Counted from the stretch's first letter, positions 8,595 through 17,924 are shown. The stretch is 64,000 bases of DNA from Deltaproteobacteria bacterium (GCA_040218735.1 JAVJQW010000046.1:320001-384000), one strand, 5' to 3'. Numbers and translations are program-made. Notes: generated from the sequence alone by a model not told the origin.

Positions 8595-9824
8595 CTACTT
8601 TCCGAGGACCGCGAGGCTGTTCGCGGGGAGCCCGTGCGGTTGCAGTCGGCTGTCGGCGTGCGCGGAGAAGCCACGGTCGACGTTCCACACGGCGCCGTTG
8701 ATCGCGCGGGCGCCATCGCTCACGAGGAACGCGATCGTCCGTGCGACGTCGTGCGGGCTGCAGAGCGAACCTCCCGGCGTCATCGACTCCCAGTGGCGCT
8801 GGGACGCGTCGGCCTCCGGGAGTTTGTCGAGGAGCTCTCCGTAGATCGGACCGGCGGCGACACAGTTGGTGCGCACGCCGTACGGCGCGAGCTCACAGGC
8901 GAGGTAGCGGGTGAGGGACTCGACGGCGGCCTTGACCACGCCTTGGCAGCCGAGGCCGCTCACGTACTGGTGCGCGCCGATCGCGGAGAGCGTCGCGATC
9001 GCGCCGCCGCCGCGCGCTTGCATCAGCGGCGCCGCGCGCATCGCGCAGTGGTGATGCCCGCTGACGTTCGTTCGAAACGCCCGGTCCCAGTCTCCACGGT
9101 CGACATCCGCGAACGATCCGACGCGGCCGTCCGAGGCGTTGCACACCAGGATGTCGAGGTAGCCGAAGCGGCGGGAGATCTCGTCGAACATCGCGTCGAC
9201 GTGCTCTTGCTTCGCGACGGAGCCCCACAGGTGCGTCGCGTCCGCACCGTTCGCTTCGAGCTCGCGCACCGCTGCTTCGCCGGCTTCGCGGGAGTGGAAG
9301 GAGTTGAGGAGCACGGTCGCGCCCTGCGACGCGAGCACTTCGGCGATCACGCGGCCAATGCCTCGACCGGAGCCGGTGATCAGCGCGACCCTGCCGTCGA
9401 GCGGTCCGGTCGACGGTGAGGGCTTCGAAGGTCGGGGCTTCGGCGGCGTGGCCGGCTTGGGCGAAGCGGGGACGAGCGCGATCGCCGGAGGCGGCGCGTG
9501 CTCGGTCGGCGGAGGCGGCGCGTTCTCGAAGGTGGGCGCGGACGAACCGAGCAACGACGCGACCCACGCCGTCGCTTCTTCGAGCGTGCGAACGGCGCGG
9601 TCCCGTTCGGCGGGGAGCTCGACGCCGAACTCCTTGCCGAGCGCGGCGATGATCTCGACCTGCTTGACCGAGTCGATCCCGAGGTCGTTGGCGAGGTCCG
9701 CCGTGGGGACGAGGATCTCCTTCGGGAACCGCGTCGTGCGGGCCACACAGGCGACGACCCGCTCTGCGATCTGTTCGTGGCTGTACGTCTTCGCCGTCCC
9801 GTTCGGGTTCGACTGCCCCTTCAT
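8595..9824 (-). CDS. Acyl carrier protein fused to a FabL-like SDR (enoyl-ACP reductase-like)
   Basis: ACP motif DLANDLGIDSVKQVEI, Pro-rich linker, then SDR motifs TGSGRGIG, LDILVCNA, KAAVESLTRYLACELAP. Confidence 0.88.
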   Translation of the reverse strand: MKGQSNPNGTAKTYSHEQIAERVVACVARTTRFPKEILVPTADLANDLGIDSVKQVEIIAALGKEFGVELPAERDRAVRTLEEATAWVASLLGSSAPTFENAPPPPTEHAPPPAIALVPASPKPATPPKPRPSKPSPSTGPLDGRVALITGSGRGIGRVIAEVLASQGATVLLNSFHSREAGEAAVRELEANGADATHLWGSVAKQEHVDAMFDEISRRFGYLDILVCNASDGRVGSFADVDRGDWDRAFRTNVSGHHHCAMRAAPLMQARGGGAIATLSAIGAHQYVSGLGCQGVVKAAVESLTRYLACELAPYGVRTNCVAAGPIYGELLDKLPEADASQRHWESMTPGGSLCSPHDVARTIAFLVSDGARAINGAVWNVDRGFSAHADSRLQPHGLPANSLAVLGK

Positions 9825-9868
9825 GCCGGGTTGGAGACTTCGGCGATGCGGGGTGTAACGAAGAATCG

Positions 9869-10366
9869 TCAGAGACCGACTTCGACGATCGCCTTCTGGT
9901 CGCGGATCGTCACCGACTTCACGAGCATCTTCTCGTGCGGCTTCTTCAGGCGGTGCACGGGCGTGACCTCGAGCTGCGCACGCACGAGGCCGGTCGCGGC
10001 GGCGCGCACTTCGTCGTGGTACTTCGCGGGGAGATCGGGGACATCGAGCTTGGTGACCTCGGCGTTGCGTAGGAACAGCGCCGAGCTGTCTTCGTCGTAC
10101 TCGAGGTCACCGAGGACGCCGAGTCGCCCGGTGTACTTCACGAAGCCGACGCGAATCCCTGCGTCGAGCTCCAGCGCCACGCGGTCGGACCCTTCGGTGA
10201 GGTGGATCGCGGGGGCTTCGAGCACGAGCTTCGCGACGACGACGTCCTTTTCGACGGGGAACTTCTTGTCGACCTTGGCCTGAAGATCAGCCTGCGTCAG
10301 CACGACCGTCGTGCGGAGTGGAGCGCTGCATCCGACGAAGAGGAGCGCGAGGAACACGCGGTACAT
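9869..10366 (-). CDS. DUF1439/YceB-like lipoprotein
   Basis: Lipobox FVGC; TQADLQAKVDKKFP and GDLEYD...LFLRN patterns. Confidence 0.65.
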   Translation of the reverse strand: MYRVFLALLFVGCSAPLRTTVVLTQADLQAKVDKKFPVEKDVVVAKLVLEAPAIHLTEGSDRVALELDAGIRVGFVKYTGRLGVLGDLEYDEDSSALFLRNAEVTKLDVPDLPAKYHDEVRAAATGLVRAQLEVTPVHRLKKPHEKMLVKSVTIRDQKAIVEVGL

Positions 10367-10418
10367 GCGTCGCGTCCGTAACACGGGCGCGCGCTCGACG
10401 AGAAAGTGGTGATCGCGA

Positions 10419-10595
10419 TCAGCGCGTCTCGATTTGGGAGCTGGCCATCGAGGGCTCGCGCTTCTTGACCTCGACCTCGCGCTCGGCGACCTCCGGCGGA
10501 GGCAGCGCATCGGCCGGCCTGCTGGGCTCTAGAACACGCCGCGCCTCGGTGTCTCGGCTCGTCTCAGTGATGTCGTTCGTCGTCTCGGCACCCAT
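10419..10595 (-). CDS. Small hypothetical charged protein (58 aa)
   Basis: ATG-initiated ORF filling the intergenic gap in the same orientation as its neighbours; no motif recognised. Confidence 0.3.
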   Translation of the reverse strand: MGAETTNDITETSRDTEARRVLEPSRPADALPPPEVAEREVEVKKREPSMASSQIETR

Positions 10596-10687
10596 GTCGT
10601 TCGTATCCCAGAACCATGTACACACGGGTGATTTGAAGCTGCAAGGTGTCTTGCGGCCAACCTTGAAACTTACGGACGCCGTTCCTG

Positions 10688-12283
10688 TCACAGATTGCAC
10701 AGAATCTGGTGCGCCACTTTGAGCCCATCGACGGCGGCGCTCATGATGCCGCCGGCGTAACCCGGGCCTTCGCCAGCGACGTACAGGCCCTCGAATCCCT
10801 CGACCGAACAGGTGACGTTGTCCCGTGGAATACGCAGTGGCGATGACGTGCGTGACTCCACGGCGATGAGGTTGGCCTGCTCGGTCGTCGCGTAGCCCCG
10901 AATCCGCCGGTCGAATGTTCCAAGTGCCGTGCGGAGTGACGCCGCGACGAACGGCGGGAGCGCTTCGTCGAGATCGACCGCGGTCAGCCCGGGTCTAAAG
11001 TTCGAGTCCGCCAGTCGACCGGTCGGACGACGGGCGACGAAATCCGAGACCCGCATCGCCGGCGCTCGGTAGTCACCGCCCCCGACCTCGTAGGCCCGGC
11101 GCTCGAGCGCGCGTTGGAAGCGCACGCCGGCGAGTCCGTCGTCGCCGTGGCCTTCCTCGCGGATGCGATCCACGGAGACCTCGACGACGACGCCCGAGTT
11201 CGCGAACGGCGTCGAACGTCGCGCACTCGACATGCCGTTCACCACGACCATCTCGGGTTCGGTCGCGGTGGGGACGATCATCCCGCCCGGGCACATGCAG
11301 AACGAGTAGACGCCGACGCCGTCGACACGTTCCGCGAGCCGGTAGTCGGCCGCCGGCAACGTCGAAGGTCGCGGTGGCTTGCGCAAGTTGTATTGCGCGC
11401 GGTCGATCATCGGTTGCGGATGCTCCGCGCGAACGCCGACCGCGAAGGGCTTTGCGATCATCGGTACGCCCTGCGCGTGGAGCGTTTCGTACGTATCGCG
11501 CGCAGAGTGGCCGATCGCGAGGAGCACGTGGGGCGCGTCGAGCTGGCCGCGCGAGGTGTCGACGCCCGTCACGCGACGGTCCTGGAGTCGGAGCCGCTCG
11601 AGCCGGGTTTCGAAGTGGATGTCGACGCCGCACTCGACCAGCTGGGCGCGTAGCCCCTTGAGCACGCGGAACAGGAGGTTCGTTCCGATGTGCGGCTTCT
11701 TGTCGACGAGGATGCGCTCCGGCGCGCCGACCTCGACGAGGCGCTCGAGCACCTCCTGCACGACGGGATCGTTCTTGCGGCAAGTCAGCTTGCCGTCGCT
11801 GTACGTGCCCGCGCCGCCCTCGCCGAAGCAGAGGTTCGACTCCGGATCGAGGATGCCGCGTCCGCGGAAGCGACCGAAGTCGCGCGCCCGGGTCTCGACG
11901 GGCTTGCCGCGCTCGACCCAGATCACCTTCGCGCCGTGTTCGGCGAGGTGCCACGCGGCGAACGCACCCGCCGGCCCTGCGCCCACCACGACGATCGGAG
12001 GTGCGTCCTTCGGTGCGCGCGGGCTCTCGAGTCGCTGCGACGGAGGCGGCGCCGGTCGCGCCTGGGCGCGCTTCGAGACGTCCTGCGACGTCTCGACCTC
12101 CAGCGTGAGGAGGTAGGTCGGCACCCGTCGCCGCTTGCGAGCGTCGAGCGCCTGGCGCGCGACCCGGACGTTCACGATCGCGCTGGCCGGAACCTGGAGC
12201 GCACGAGAGGCGGCTTGGCGCAGCGCGGCGTCGTCGAAGACGACGTCATGCGGGCGATCGACGTCGACGAGGACCTTCGGCAC
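10688..12283 (-). CDS. Uncharacterised FAD-dependent dehydrogenase (COG2509-like)
   Basis: GAGPAG; FGEGGAGTYSDGKL; PHIGT; FCMCPGG; ESRTSSP; GEGPGYAGGIMSAAVDG. Start is approximate. Confidence 0.9.
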   Translation of the reverse strand: MPKVLVDVDRPHDVVFDDAALRQAASRALQVPASAIVNVRVARQALDARKRRRVPTYLLTLEVETSQDVSKRAQARPAPPPSQRLESPRAPKDAPPIVVVGAGPAGAFAAWHLAEHGAKVIWVERGKPVETRARDFGRFRGRGILDPESNLCFGEGGAGTYSDGKLTCRKNDPVVQEVLERLVEVGAPERILVDKKPHIGTNLLFRVLKGLRAQLVECGVDIHFETRLERLRLQDRRVTGVDTSRGQLDAPHVLLAIGHSARDTYETLHAQGVPMIAKPFAVGVRAEHPQPMIDRAQYNLRKPPRPSTLPAADYRLAERVDGVGVYSFCMCPGGMIVPTATEPEMVVVNGMSSARRSTPFANSGVVVEVSVDRIREEGHGDDGLAGVRFQRALERRAYEVGGGDYRAPAMRVSDFVARRPTGRLADSNFRPGLTAVDLDEALPPFVAASLRTALGTFDRRIRGYATTEQANLIAVESRTSSPLRIPRDNVTCSVEGFEGLYVAGEGPGYAGGIMSAAVDGLKVAHQILCNL

Positions 12284-12342
12284 GACCGCCCGAACATACC
12301 GCACCGCGTCGTTTTTGCAGTGGGAACGTAGGGTTGCGGCAA

Positions 12343-12362
12343 GTGCGAACCAAAGTTCGCAC
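12343..12362. promoter_or_regulatory. Perfect 20-bp palindrome GTGCGAAC-CAAA-GTTCGCAC, operator-like, containing CGAAC-N4-GTTCG
   Basis: Read directly in the divergent intergenic region 12284-12463. Confidence 0.5.
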
Positions 12363-12463
12363 CGCGCGTGCAGATACTCACATGACCCCTCAGTCGGAAC
12401 GGGATTCCTCAATGATCTCGATTCACGTGATCGGGTACGCCACTTGAGAGGCGCGGGGACGAC

Positions 12464-12673
12464 ATGCAGACGTCCACCACGACCCCGTCGATTCCGGCCG
12501 CCGCGACCACCAACTCGAGCGCGAAGCCGGCGCGGATCCTCGCCCGCACCATCTTCAAGGACATGAAGGGGTACGGCGTCTCCAACCAGAAGATCCTCGA
12601 GGTCGCCTCCGAGCTCATCGGTCTCGTCACCGACCAGCTCCGCGAAGACGGCGTCGACAAGGGTCGCGCCTAA
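12464..12673 (+). CDS. Small conserved myxobacterial-type hypothetical protein (69 aa)
   Basis: Helical pattern RILARTIFKDMKGYG...ILEVASELIGLVT; GC-rich third codon positions. Confidence 0.7.
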   Translation: MQTSTTTPSIPAAATTNSSAKPARILARTIFKDMKGYGVSNQKILEVASELIGLVTDQLREDGVDKGRA

Positions 12674-12700
12674 CCCATCGCTTGGGCATCATCCGTCGCC

Positions 12701-13897
12701 ATGGCGACGCGCGTTCTCCTCGCTGACAAGCTCGACCCCGGTGCGTTCTCCGATCTGGAGGCGCAGGGCGTGGTCATCGACAGCCGCCCCGAGCTGACGC
12801 AAGCGACCCTCCCCGAACACATCGGTGACGCCAAGGTCTTGGTCGTACGATCGACCAAGGTCGACGCCGCCGCGATCCAAGCCGCCAAGGAGCTCGCGCT
12901 CATCGTTCGCGCGGGCAGCGGCGTCAACAACATCGACGTCGAAGCCGCGAGCCGCGCCGGCATCTACGTCGCCAACTGCCCCGGCAAGAACAGCGTCGCC
13001 GTCGCCGAGCTCGCGATGGGCCTGATCATCGCGCTCGACCGTCGCATCGCCGACAACGTCTCGGACTTGCGCGCCGGCAAGTGGGACAAGGCGGGATACT
13101 CGAAGGCCCGCGGACTCAAGGGCCAGCGCCTCGGCCTCGTCGGGTTCGGCGCCATCGCGCAGGAGGTCGCGCAGCGAGCGCGTGGCTTCGAGCTCGAAAT
13201 CCTCGCCTACGCGCGCACCCTCGACGAAGCGACCGCAAAACGTCACGGCGTCACGCGCGCCGCGTCGCTCGAGCAGCTCTTCCGCGCCTCGGACATCGTC
13301 TCGCTCCACGTCCCGGCCTCCGCAACGACGAAGGGACTCATCACCGGCGAGCTCATGGACCTCCTCCCCGAGGGCGGCATGTTGATCAACACGTCGCGCT
13401 GCGAGGTCGTCGACAACGACGCGCTCATGGAGCGCGCGAAGTCGGGCCGTCTTCGTGTCGGCACCGACGTCTTCGTCGGCGAGCCCGAAGTGAAGTCCGG
13501 GGCGTTCGAGGATCCGCTCGGTCAGCTGCCGCACGTCTACGGCACCCACCACATCGGGGCGTCGACCGAGCAGGCGCAGGACGAGATCGCCGCGGCCGCC
13601 GTGCTCGCAGTGCGCACGTTCCTGGAGAAGGGCGACATCCTCAACGCGGTGAACATCGCGACGCAGCCGCCGGTGCAGGGGACCCTCGTCGTGCGTCACC
13701 ACGATCGCGTGGGTGTCCTCGCGAGCCTCCTCAGCACGCTCCGCGGCGCGGACATCAACGTCGAGACGATGGAGAACGTCGTCTTCGAAGGCGGCCACGC
13801 GGCGTGCGCCCGTATCCGGGTCGCGCAGCGTCCGTCGCAGGCCATCGTCGACGAGCTCGTCGCTCAGGAACACGTCATCGCCGTCGAACTCATCTGA
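12701..13897 (+). CDS. serA: D-3-phosphoglycerate dehydrogenase family protein with C-terminal ACT domain
   Basis: RAGSGVNNID; GLVGFGAI; SLHVP; INTSR; THHIGASTEQAQ; ACT motif HHDRVGVL. Confidence 0.85.
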   Translation: MATRVLLADKLDPGAFSDLEAQGVVIDSRPELTQATLPEHIGDAKVLVVRSTKVDAAAIQAAKELALIVRAGSGVNNIDVEAASRAGIYVANCPGKNSVAVAELAMGLIIALDRRIADNVSDLRAGKWDKAGYSKARGLKGQRLGLVGFGAIAQEVAQRARGFELEILAYARTLDEATAKRHGVTRAASLEQLFRASDIVSLHVPASATTKGLITGELMDLLPEGGMLINTSRCEVVDNDALMERAKSGRLRVGTDVFVGEPEVKSGAFEDPLGQLPHVYGTHHIGASTEQAQDEIAAAAVLAVRTFLEKGDILNAVNIATQPPVQGTLVVRHHDRVGVLASLLSTLRGADINVETMENVVFEGGHAACARIRVAQRPSQAIVDELVAQEHVIAVELI

Positions 13898-14841
13898 TGT
13901 CCTGGCTCGACGGGTTCCTGCTCCTCTCGCTGTTCTACGTCGGCGTGGGGATCACGGTGCTCGTGAAGTTCGTGAAGAACTTCCGCGCGCTGTTCGACGA
14001 TGACCTCACCGAAGAGGAGGCGCGCCTCGCGGGCCGCGCATCGTTCTTCCTCCTCATCCCGCCGACCGTCGCGCTCCACGAGCTCGGCCACGCCGCGGCG
14101 ATCTGGGCGAACGGGCAAGAGGTGGTCGGCTGGATCTTCTACGGTTACGTCGGCGCGGTCGCGCACTTGCCGTCGACGCCGCTCGCGAACTTCGCCATCG
14201 CGCTCGCCGGCAACGTCGTCACGCTCGCGATCGGAGCCTTCGCGATCGGCTGGGGGATGAAGCGCCCGGGGCACCCGGTCCGCAACATCCTGTGGATCGA
14301 GCTCGGTCGAAACTCGCTCTTCCTCGTGCTCGTCTTCTACCCGGGCCTCTGCCTGTTCTTCGACGGAGACTTCGTCACGATCTACGGCTTCTCCAAGACC
14401 CCGGTCGCCTCCGGCGTGACCGCCCTCGTGCACGCCGCGATCCTCGCGGGCGGCTGGTGGTGGTGGAAGGGCGCGAAGCCTCGTGCCGTTCTGTTGTGCT
14501 CGCCGCTCGCGTTCCACGTGGTCGCCGCGGAGAAGCGGCTCGCGGAGGACGACCGCGACCTTCGCGCGAACCACACGCTCGGGCTCGCCTACGGGCGCCT
14601 CCAGGACTTCACACGCTCCCGTGCGCACCTGGAGGTCGTCGCCGATCGACTCGACGCCGCGGGCCGGCTCGCCTACGGCGAAGCGCTGCTGGAGACCGGT
14701 GCAAGTGAGCTTGCGCTCACCGCGTTCGAGTCCGCCGAAAACGGTTTGCTCGATCCCGAAGCCCGCGCCGCGGCGCGCCGAGGTCGCGTCCGCGCGCTCG
14801 GTCGCCTCGGTCGCGACGATGAAGCACGCCAGCTCTTGTGA
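13897..14841 (+). CDS. M50-like intramembrane zinc metallopeptidase with C-terminal TPR
   Basis: HELGH, ALAGN and DGD motifs in TM helices; TPR-like tail; TGATG coupling to serA. Confidence 0.7.
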   Translation: MSWLDGFLLLSLFYVGVGITVLVKFVKNFRALFDDDLTEEEARLAGRASFFLLIPPTVALHELGHAAAIWANGQEVVGWIFYGYVGAVAHLPSTPLANFAIALAGNVVTLAIGAFAIGWGMKRPGHPVRNILWIELGRNSLFLVLVFYPGLCLFFDGDFVTIYGFSKTPVASGVTALVHAAILAGGWWWWKGAKPRAVLLCSPLAFHVVAAEKRLAEDDRDLRANHTLGLAYGRLQDFTRSRAHLEVVADRLDAAGRLAYGEALLETGASELALTAFESAENGLLDPEARAAARRGRVRALGRLGRDDEARQLL

Positions 14842-14907
14842 GCGTGCGCGCGACTACACGCGCCCGCGACATTGAATACACGACCGAGCGCTGACACCTT
14901 CGACGGC

Positions 14908-15372
14908 ATGAAAGTCCTCTTCGCTGCCGCGCTCACGATGGCCGTCGCCGCCTGTTCGTCCTCCAACCCCGTCTGCGACGAAGACGTCCGAAACCGCCTC
15001 CTGACCGACTGCAAGATCACCGTCTCGGTCGCCTCCGGCGCGCTCTGCCTGGCTCTCGACGGCGCCCCCGAGGACCCCTCGACGGACGTGCGCCTCGACG
15101 AGCACCGCGCGTCGACCTGTGAGATCGCCGACCCGGACCTCGACGCCGAGTGCCTGAAGACCGTCTCCTGCGATCGCTTCGGCACGGAAGCCAACATCTG
15201 CGGCGACCCGATCAGCACCGCCCGCTCCGCCTGTTTCTCGAGCTGCTACGACACCGAGCTCACCTGCGTGCAGGAGTGCAGCAACAGCAGCGCCGACTTC
15301 GACGCGTGCCTGGTGTGTGAGGTCGCCTGCGCCTCGACCGCCAAGTCGTGCGCCGAGGACTGCCCCGACTGA
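14908..15372 (+). CDS. Cysteine-rich lipoprotein
   Basis: Lipobox VAAC; 17 Cys, including repeated CxxxC. Confidence 0.7.
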   Translation: MKVLFAAALTMAVAACSSSNPVCDEDVRNRLLTDCKITVSVASGALCLALDGAPEDPSTDVRLDEHRASTCEIADPDLDAECLKTVSCDRFGTEANICGDPISTARSACFSSCYDTELTCVQECSNSSADFDACLVCEVACASTAKSCAEDCPD

Positions 15373-15396
15373 CCGTCTTGCCCGCGCGACGCGCGC

Positions 15397-16650
15397 TTGT
15401 TACTTCGACGTGTGACCGCGACGCGACGTGCCGTCACCATGCTCGCGCTCATCGTCGCGGGCGAGGCCATCTTCGGGCTCCCCTTTCACCTGATCCGCTT
15501 CTTCCGCCCGACGGTCCTCGCCGTCTTCGGCTTCAGCAACGTCGACATCGGCGAGCTGTTCGCCGCCTACGGCGTCGTCGCGATGATCTCCTACTTCCCC
15601 GGCGGCCCCCTCGCGGACCGCTTCTCCGCGCGACGCCTGATGACCGCGTCGCTGCTGCTCACCGGCCTCTCCGGCTTCTTCTTCGCGACGCTCCCCGCGC
15701 TCGGACCGCTCACCGTCCTCTACGGCTTCTTCGGCGCCACCACGATCCTCTTGTTCTGGGCCGCGATGATCCGCGCCACCCGTGAGCTCGGCGGCACCGA
15801 CAACCAGGGCGTCGCGTTCGGCATCCTCGACGGCGGCCGCGGGCTCTTCGCCGCCGGCCTCGCCTCCATCGCGCTGGTCCCGTTCTCACTCGCCCTCGGC
15901 GACGACCCGACGCAGGCCGACCCCGCCGCGCGCGAAGCGGCGATGCGAAACGTCATCTACCTGTACACCGCCTCCACGCTCGCGGCGGCCGCGCTGGTCT
16001 GGTTCTTCGTCCCCGAATCGAAGGCCGACGCCGACACCCCCGCGTTCCGACCCGCGCAGGTCCTCACCGTCCTGAAGATGCCGTCGATCTGGCTGCAGGC
16101 CGGCCTGCTCGTCTGCGCGTACGTCGCCTACAAGGGCATCGACTACTACTCGCTGTACGCCGTCGACGGCTACGGGCTGAACGAGGTCGAGGGCGCCCGC
16201 GTCAGTGTCATCGGATCCTGGACACGACCCATCGCCGCGGTCGCCGCCGGCTTCTTCGCCGACCGGACGCGACCGACCACCGCCGCCGCGCTATGTTTCG
16301 CCGTGCTGTTCGGCGGGCACCTGTCGTTCGCGTTCGTGCCGCCGTCGTCGGGCACCGCGATCCTCTGGGCGAACGTCGTCGTGACCTGCGCCGTCGCGTT
16401 CGGGTTGCGCGGTGTCTACTTCGCGATCATGGAGGAGGTGAAGATCCCGCACCTCGTCACGGGCACGGCGGTGGGCATCATCTCCGTCGTCGGCTTCACA
16501 CCCGACATCTTCGTCGCACCGGTCGCGGGCGCGTTGATCGACGGCACGCCCGGTGTCGCCGGCTTCCAGCAGTTCTTTGTGTTGCTCGCCGCGTTTTCGT
16601 TCGTCGGCTTGGCGTGCGCCGTCCTGATCCGGCGCTTCGTCTCACAGTGA
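15397..16650 (+). CDS. MFS transporter
   Basis: About 12 TM segments; GPLADRFSAR and GFFADRT motif A. Confidence 0.9.
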   Translation: MLLRRVTATRRAVTMLALIVAGEAIFGLPFHLIRFFRPTVLAVFGFSNVDIGELFAAYGVVAMISYFPGGPLADRFSARRLMTASLLLTGLSGFFFATLPALGPLTVLYGFFGATTILLFWAAMIRATRELGGTDNQGVAFGILDGGRGLFAAGLASIALVPFSLALGDDPTQADPAAREAAMRNVIYLYTASTLAAAALVWFFVPESKADADTPAFRPAQVLTVLKMPSIWLQAGLLVCAYVAYKGIDYYSLYAVDGYGLNEVEGARVSVIGSWTRPIAAVAAGFFADRTRPTTAAALCFAVLFGGHLSFAFVPPSSGTAILWANVVVTCAVAFGLRGVYFAIMEEVKIPHLVTGTAVGIISVVGFTPDIFVAPVAGALIDGTPGVAGFQQFFVLLAAFSFVGLACAVLIRRFVSQ

Positions 16651-17811
16651 CGAGACGGACGTCTCGATCGCGATCCCGCGCCGACCGATCTCACGCACGA
16701 ACTCCTGCGCGTTCACCGACGTCTCGAGCGAGACCGCGCCCTTCGGCGTGCGATCCTGCGCCTGCATCGCGGTGACGACCGCCGCCGAGAACGCCGTGGT
16801 GCGCTCCATCGCGGAGAAGCCGGTCTTGTCGTCGTGGCGGTCGACGATCAGCGAACGATGCCGAACGTTCTTGCCGTCCTTCGTCCCTTCGACGTCGACG
16901 CGCAGCACGAGCAGATCCTTCTCCTCGGGCCGGTGCCAGACGCGCTGCATGATCGTGTGGAAGAAGTCGCGCGGGCGCAGGCTGTGCCCGACGACGTCCA
17001 CCGGATCGAGGTCGATGAACCCGAGGTCCTTGAGCAGCTTCATCTGCGCGTAGTGACCGGGGTACCGGATCGTCTTGTAGTCGTAACTCTGCACGCGACC
17101 TTCGAACGTGATCGGACACGTCGAAGTCCCGCCGCTCGTCACGAACGCCTCGACGGGGCCGATCGGCGCCGGCAGCTCGAACGTCTCGAGCTCCTCGAAC
17201 GTCGGGATCTTTTGCACCTTGCCTTCGCGCAGCACGAGCGCCTCGCCGAAGTACTCGTTCGTGAGCCCCTCCATCGCGAACAGCTGCGCGTACCCGAGCG
17301 GCAGCTCCTTGTTCTGCGGGAGGCCGCCGCAGCGCATCTTCACGTGCGACGCGGTGTCGAGGGACTCCATGCCGTACACCGCGAGGGTGTTGGCCATCCC
17401 GGGGGCGACGCCGCAGTCGGGGATGATGCTCACGCCCGCGGCCTTCGCCTCTTTGTCGAGGCCGAGCTCCTGCTGGACGATGTCGGTGTTGCCGCCGAGG
17501 TCGTTGAAGTGACAGCCGGCGTCGATCGCCGCGCGTGCGAGCCCGAGGTTCAGGAAGTACGGCACGGCCGACATGCAGGCGTGCATCCCTTCGAGGACCT
17601 GCGATGCGCTGGTCTTGTCGCTCGCGTTCACGATGCCGCCCTTGGCGACGTCGCGCCCGATCAGCGCGTTGACGCGCTCGGCGGATGCGTTGGCGGCGCG
17701 GTTGTCGATGTCGAGGAGGCGCACTTCGTCGGCGTCCCCGAACATCGCGAGATCGTAGGCGGCGGCGGTGCCTTGCATGCCAGCGCCGATGACTGCGTAT
17801 CGAAAGCCCAT
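16642..17811 (-). CDS. Saccharopine dehydrogenase / lysine 6-dehydrogenase family
   Basis: GAGMQG; SAVPY; DLGG; DCGVAPG; YKTIRYPGH; AMERTT. Confidence 0.88.
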   Translation of the reverse strand: MGFRYAVIGAGMQGTAAAYDLAMFGDADEVRLLDIDNRAANASAERVNALIGRDVAKGGIVNASDKTSASQVLEGMHACMSAVPYFLNLGLARAAIDAGCHFNDLGGNTDIVQQELGLDKEAKAAGVSIIPDCGVAPGMANTLAVYGMESLDTASHVKMRCGGLPQNKELPLGYAQLFAMEGLTNEYFGEALVLREGKVQKIPTFEELETFELPAPIGPVEAFVTSGGTSTCPITFEGRVQSYDYKTIRYPGHYAQMKLLKDLGFIDLDPVDVVGHSLRPRDFFHTIMQRVWHRPEEKDLLVLRVDVEGTKDGKNVRHRSLIVDRHDDKTGFSAMERTTAFSAAVVTAMQAQDRTPKGAVSLETSVNAQEFVREIGRRGIAIETSVSSL

Positions 17812-17924
17812 GACCGGGCTAACCCGTCACGCGTCGCGCGTAGAGTCAACCAAGCGCACGGCGCGGTCACAGGCGTTGTGAATCCGGACCCTGAGTGAGA
17901 GCCTGTGGGGAGCGGGTATTTCTC

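Noticed and set aside
3413-8701. Long plus-strand ORFs (576 and 845 aa) antisense to the PKS
   Set aside because: Shadow ORFs caused by high-GC codon bias; no motifs, and the opposite strand carries clear catalytic domains.
940-9824. Interpretation as a canonical enediyne, polyyne or pfa cluster
   Set aside because: No E3/E4/E5 genes or PPTase domain; no fatty acyl-AMP ligase or rubredoxin; no tandem ACPs, FabA-type DH or FabK-type ER.
12434-12447. Sigma54-like GGTACG-CCAC-TTGA
   Set aside because: The -12 GC is absent and the implied leader would be only a few nucleotides.
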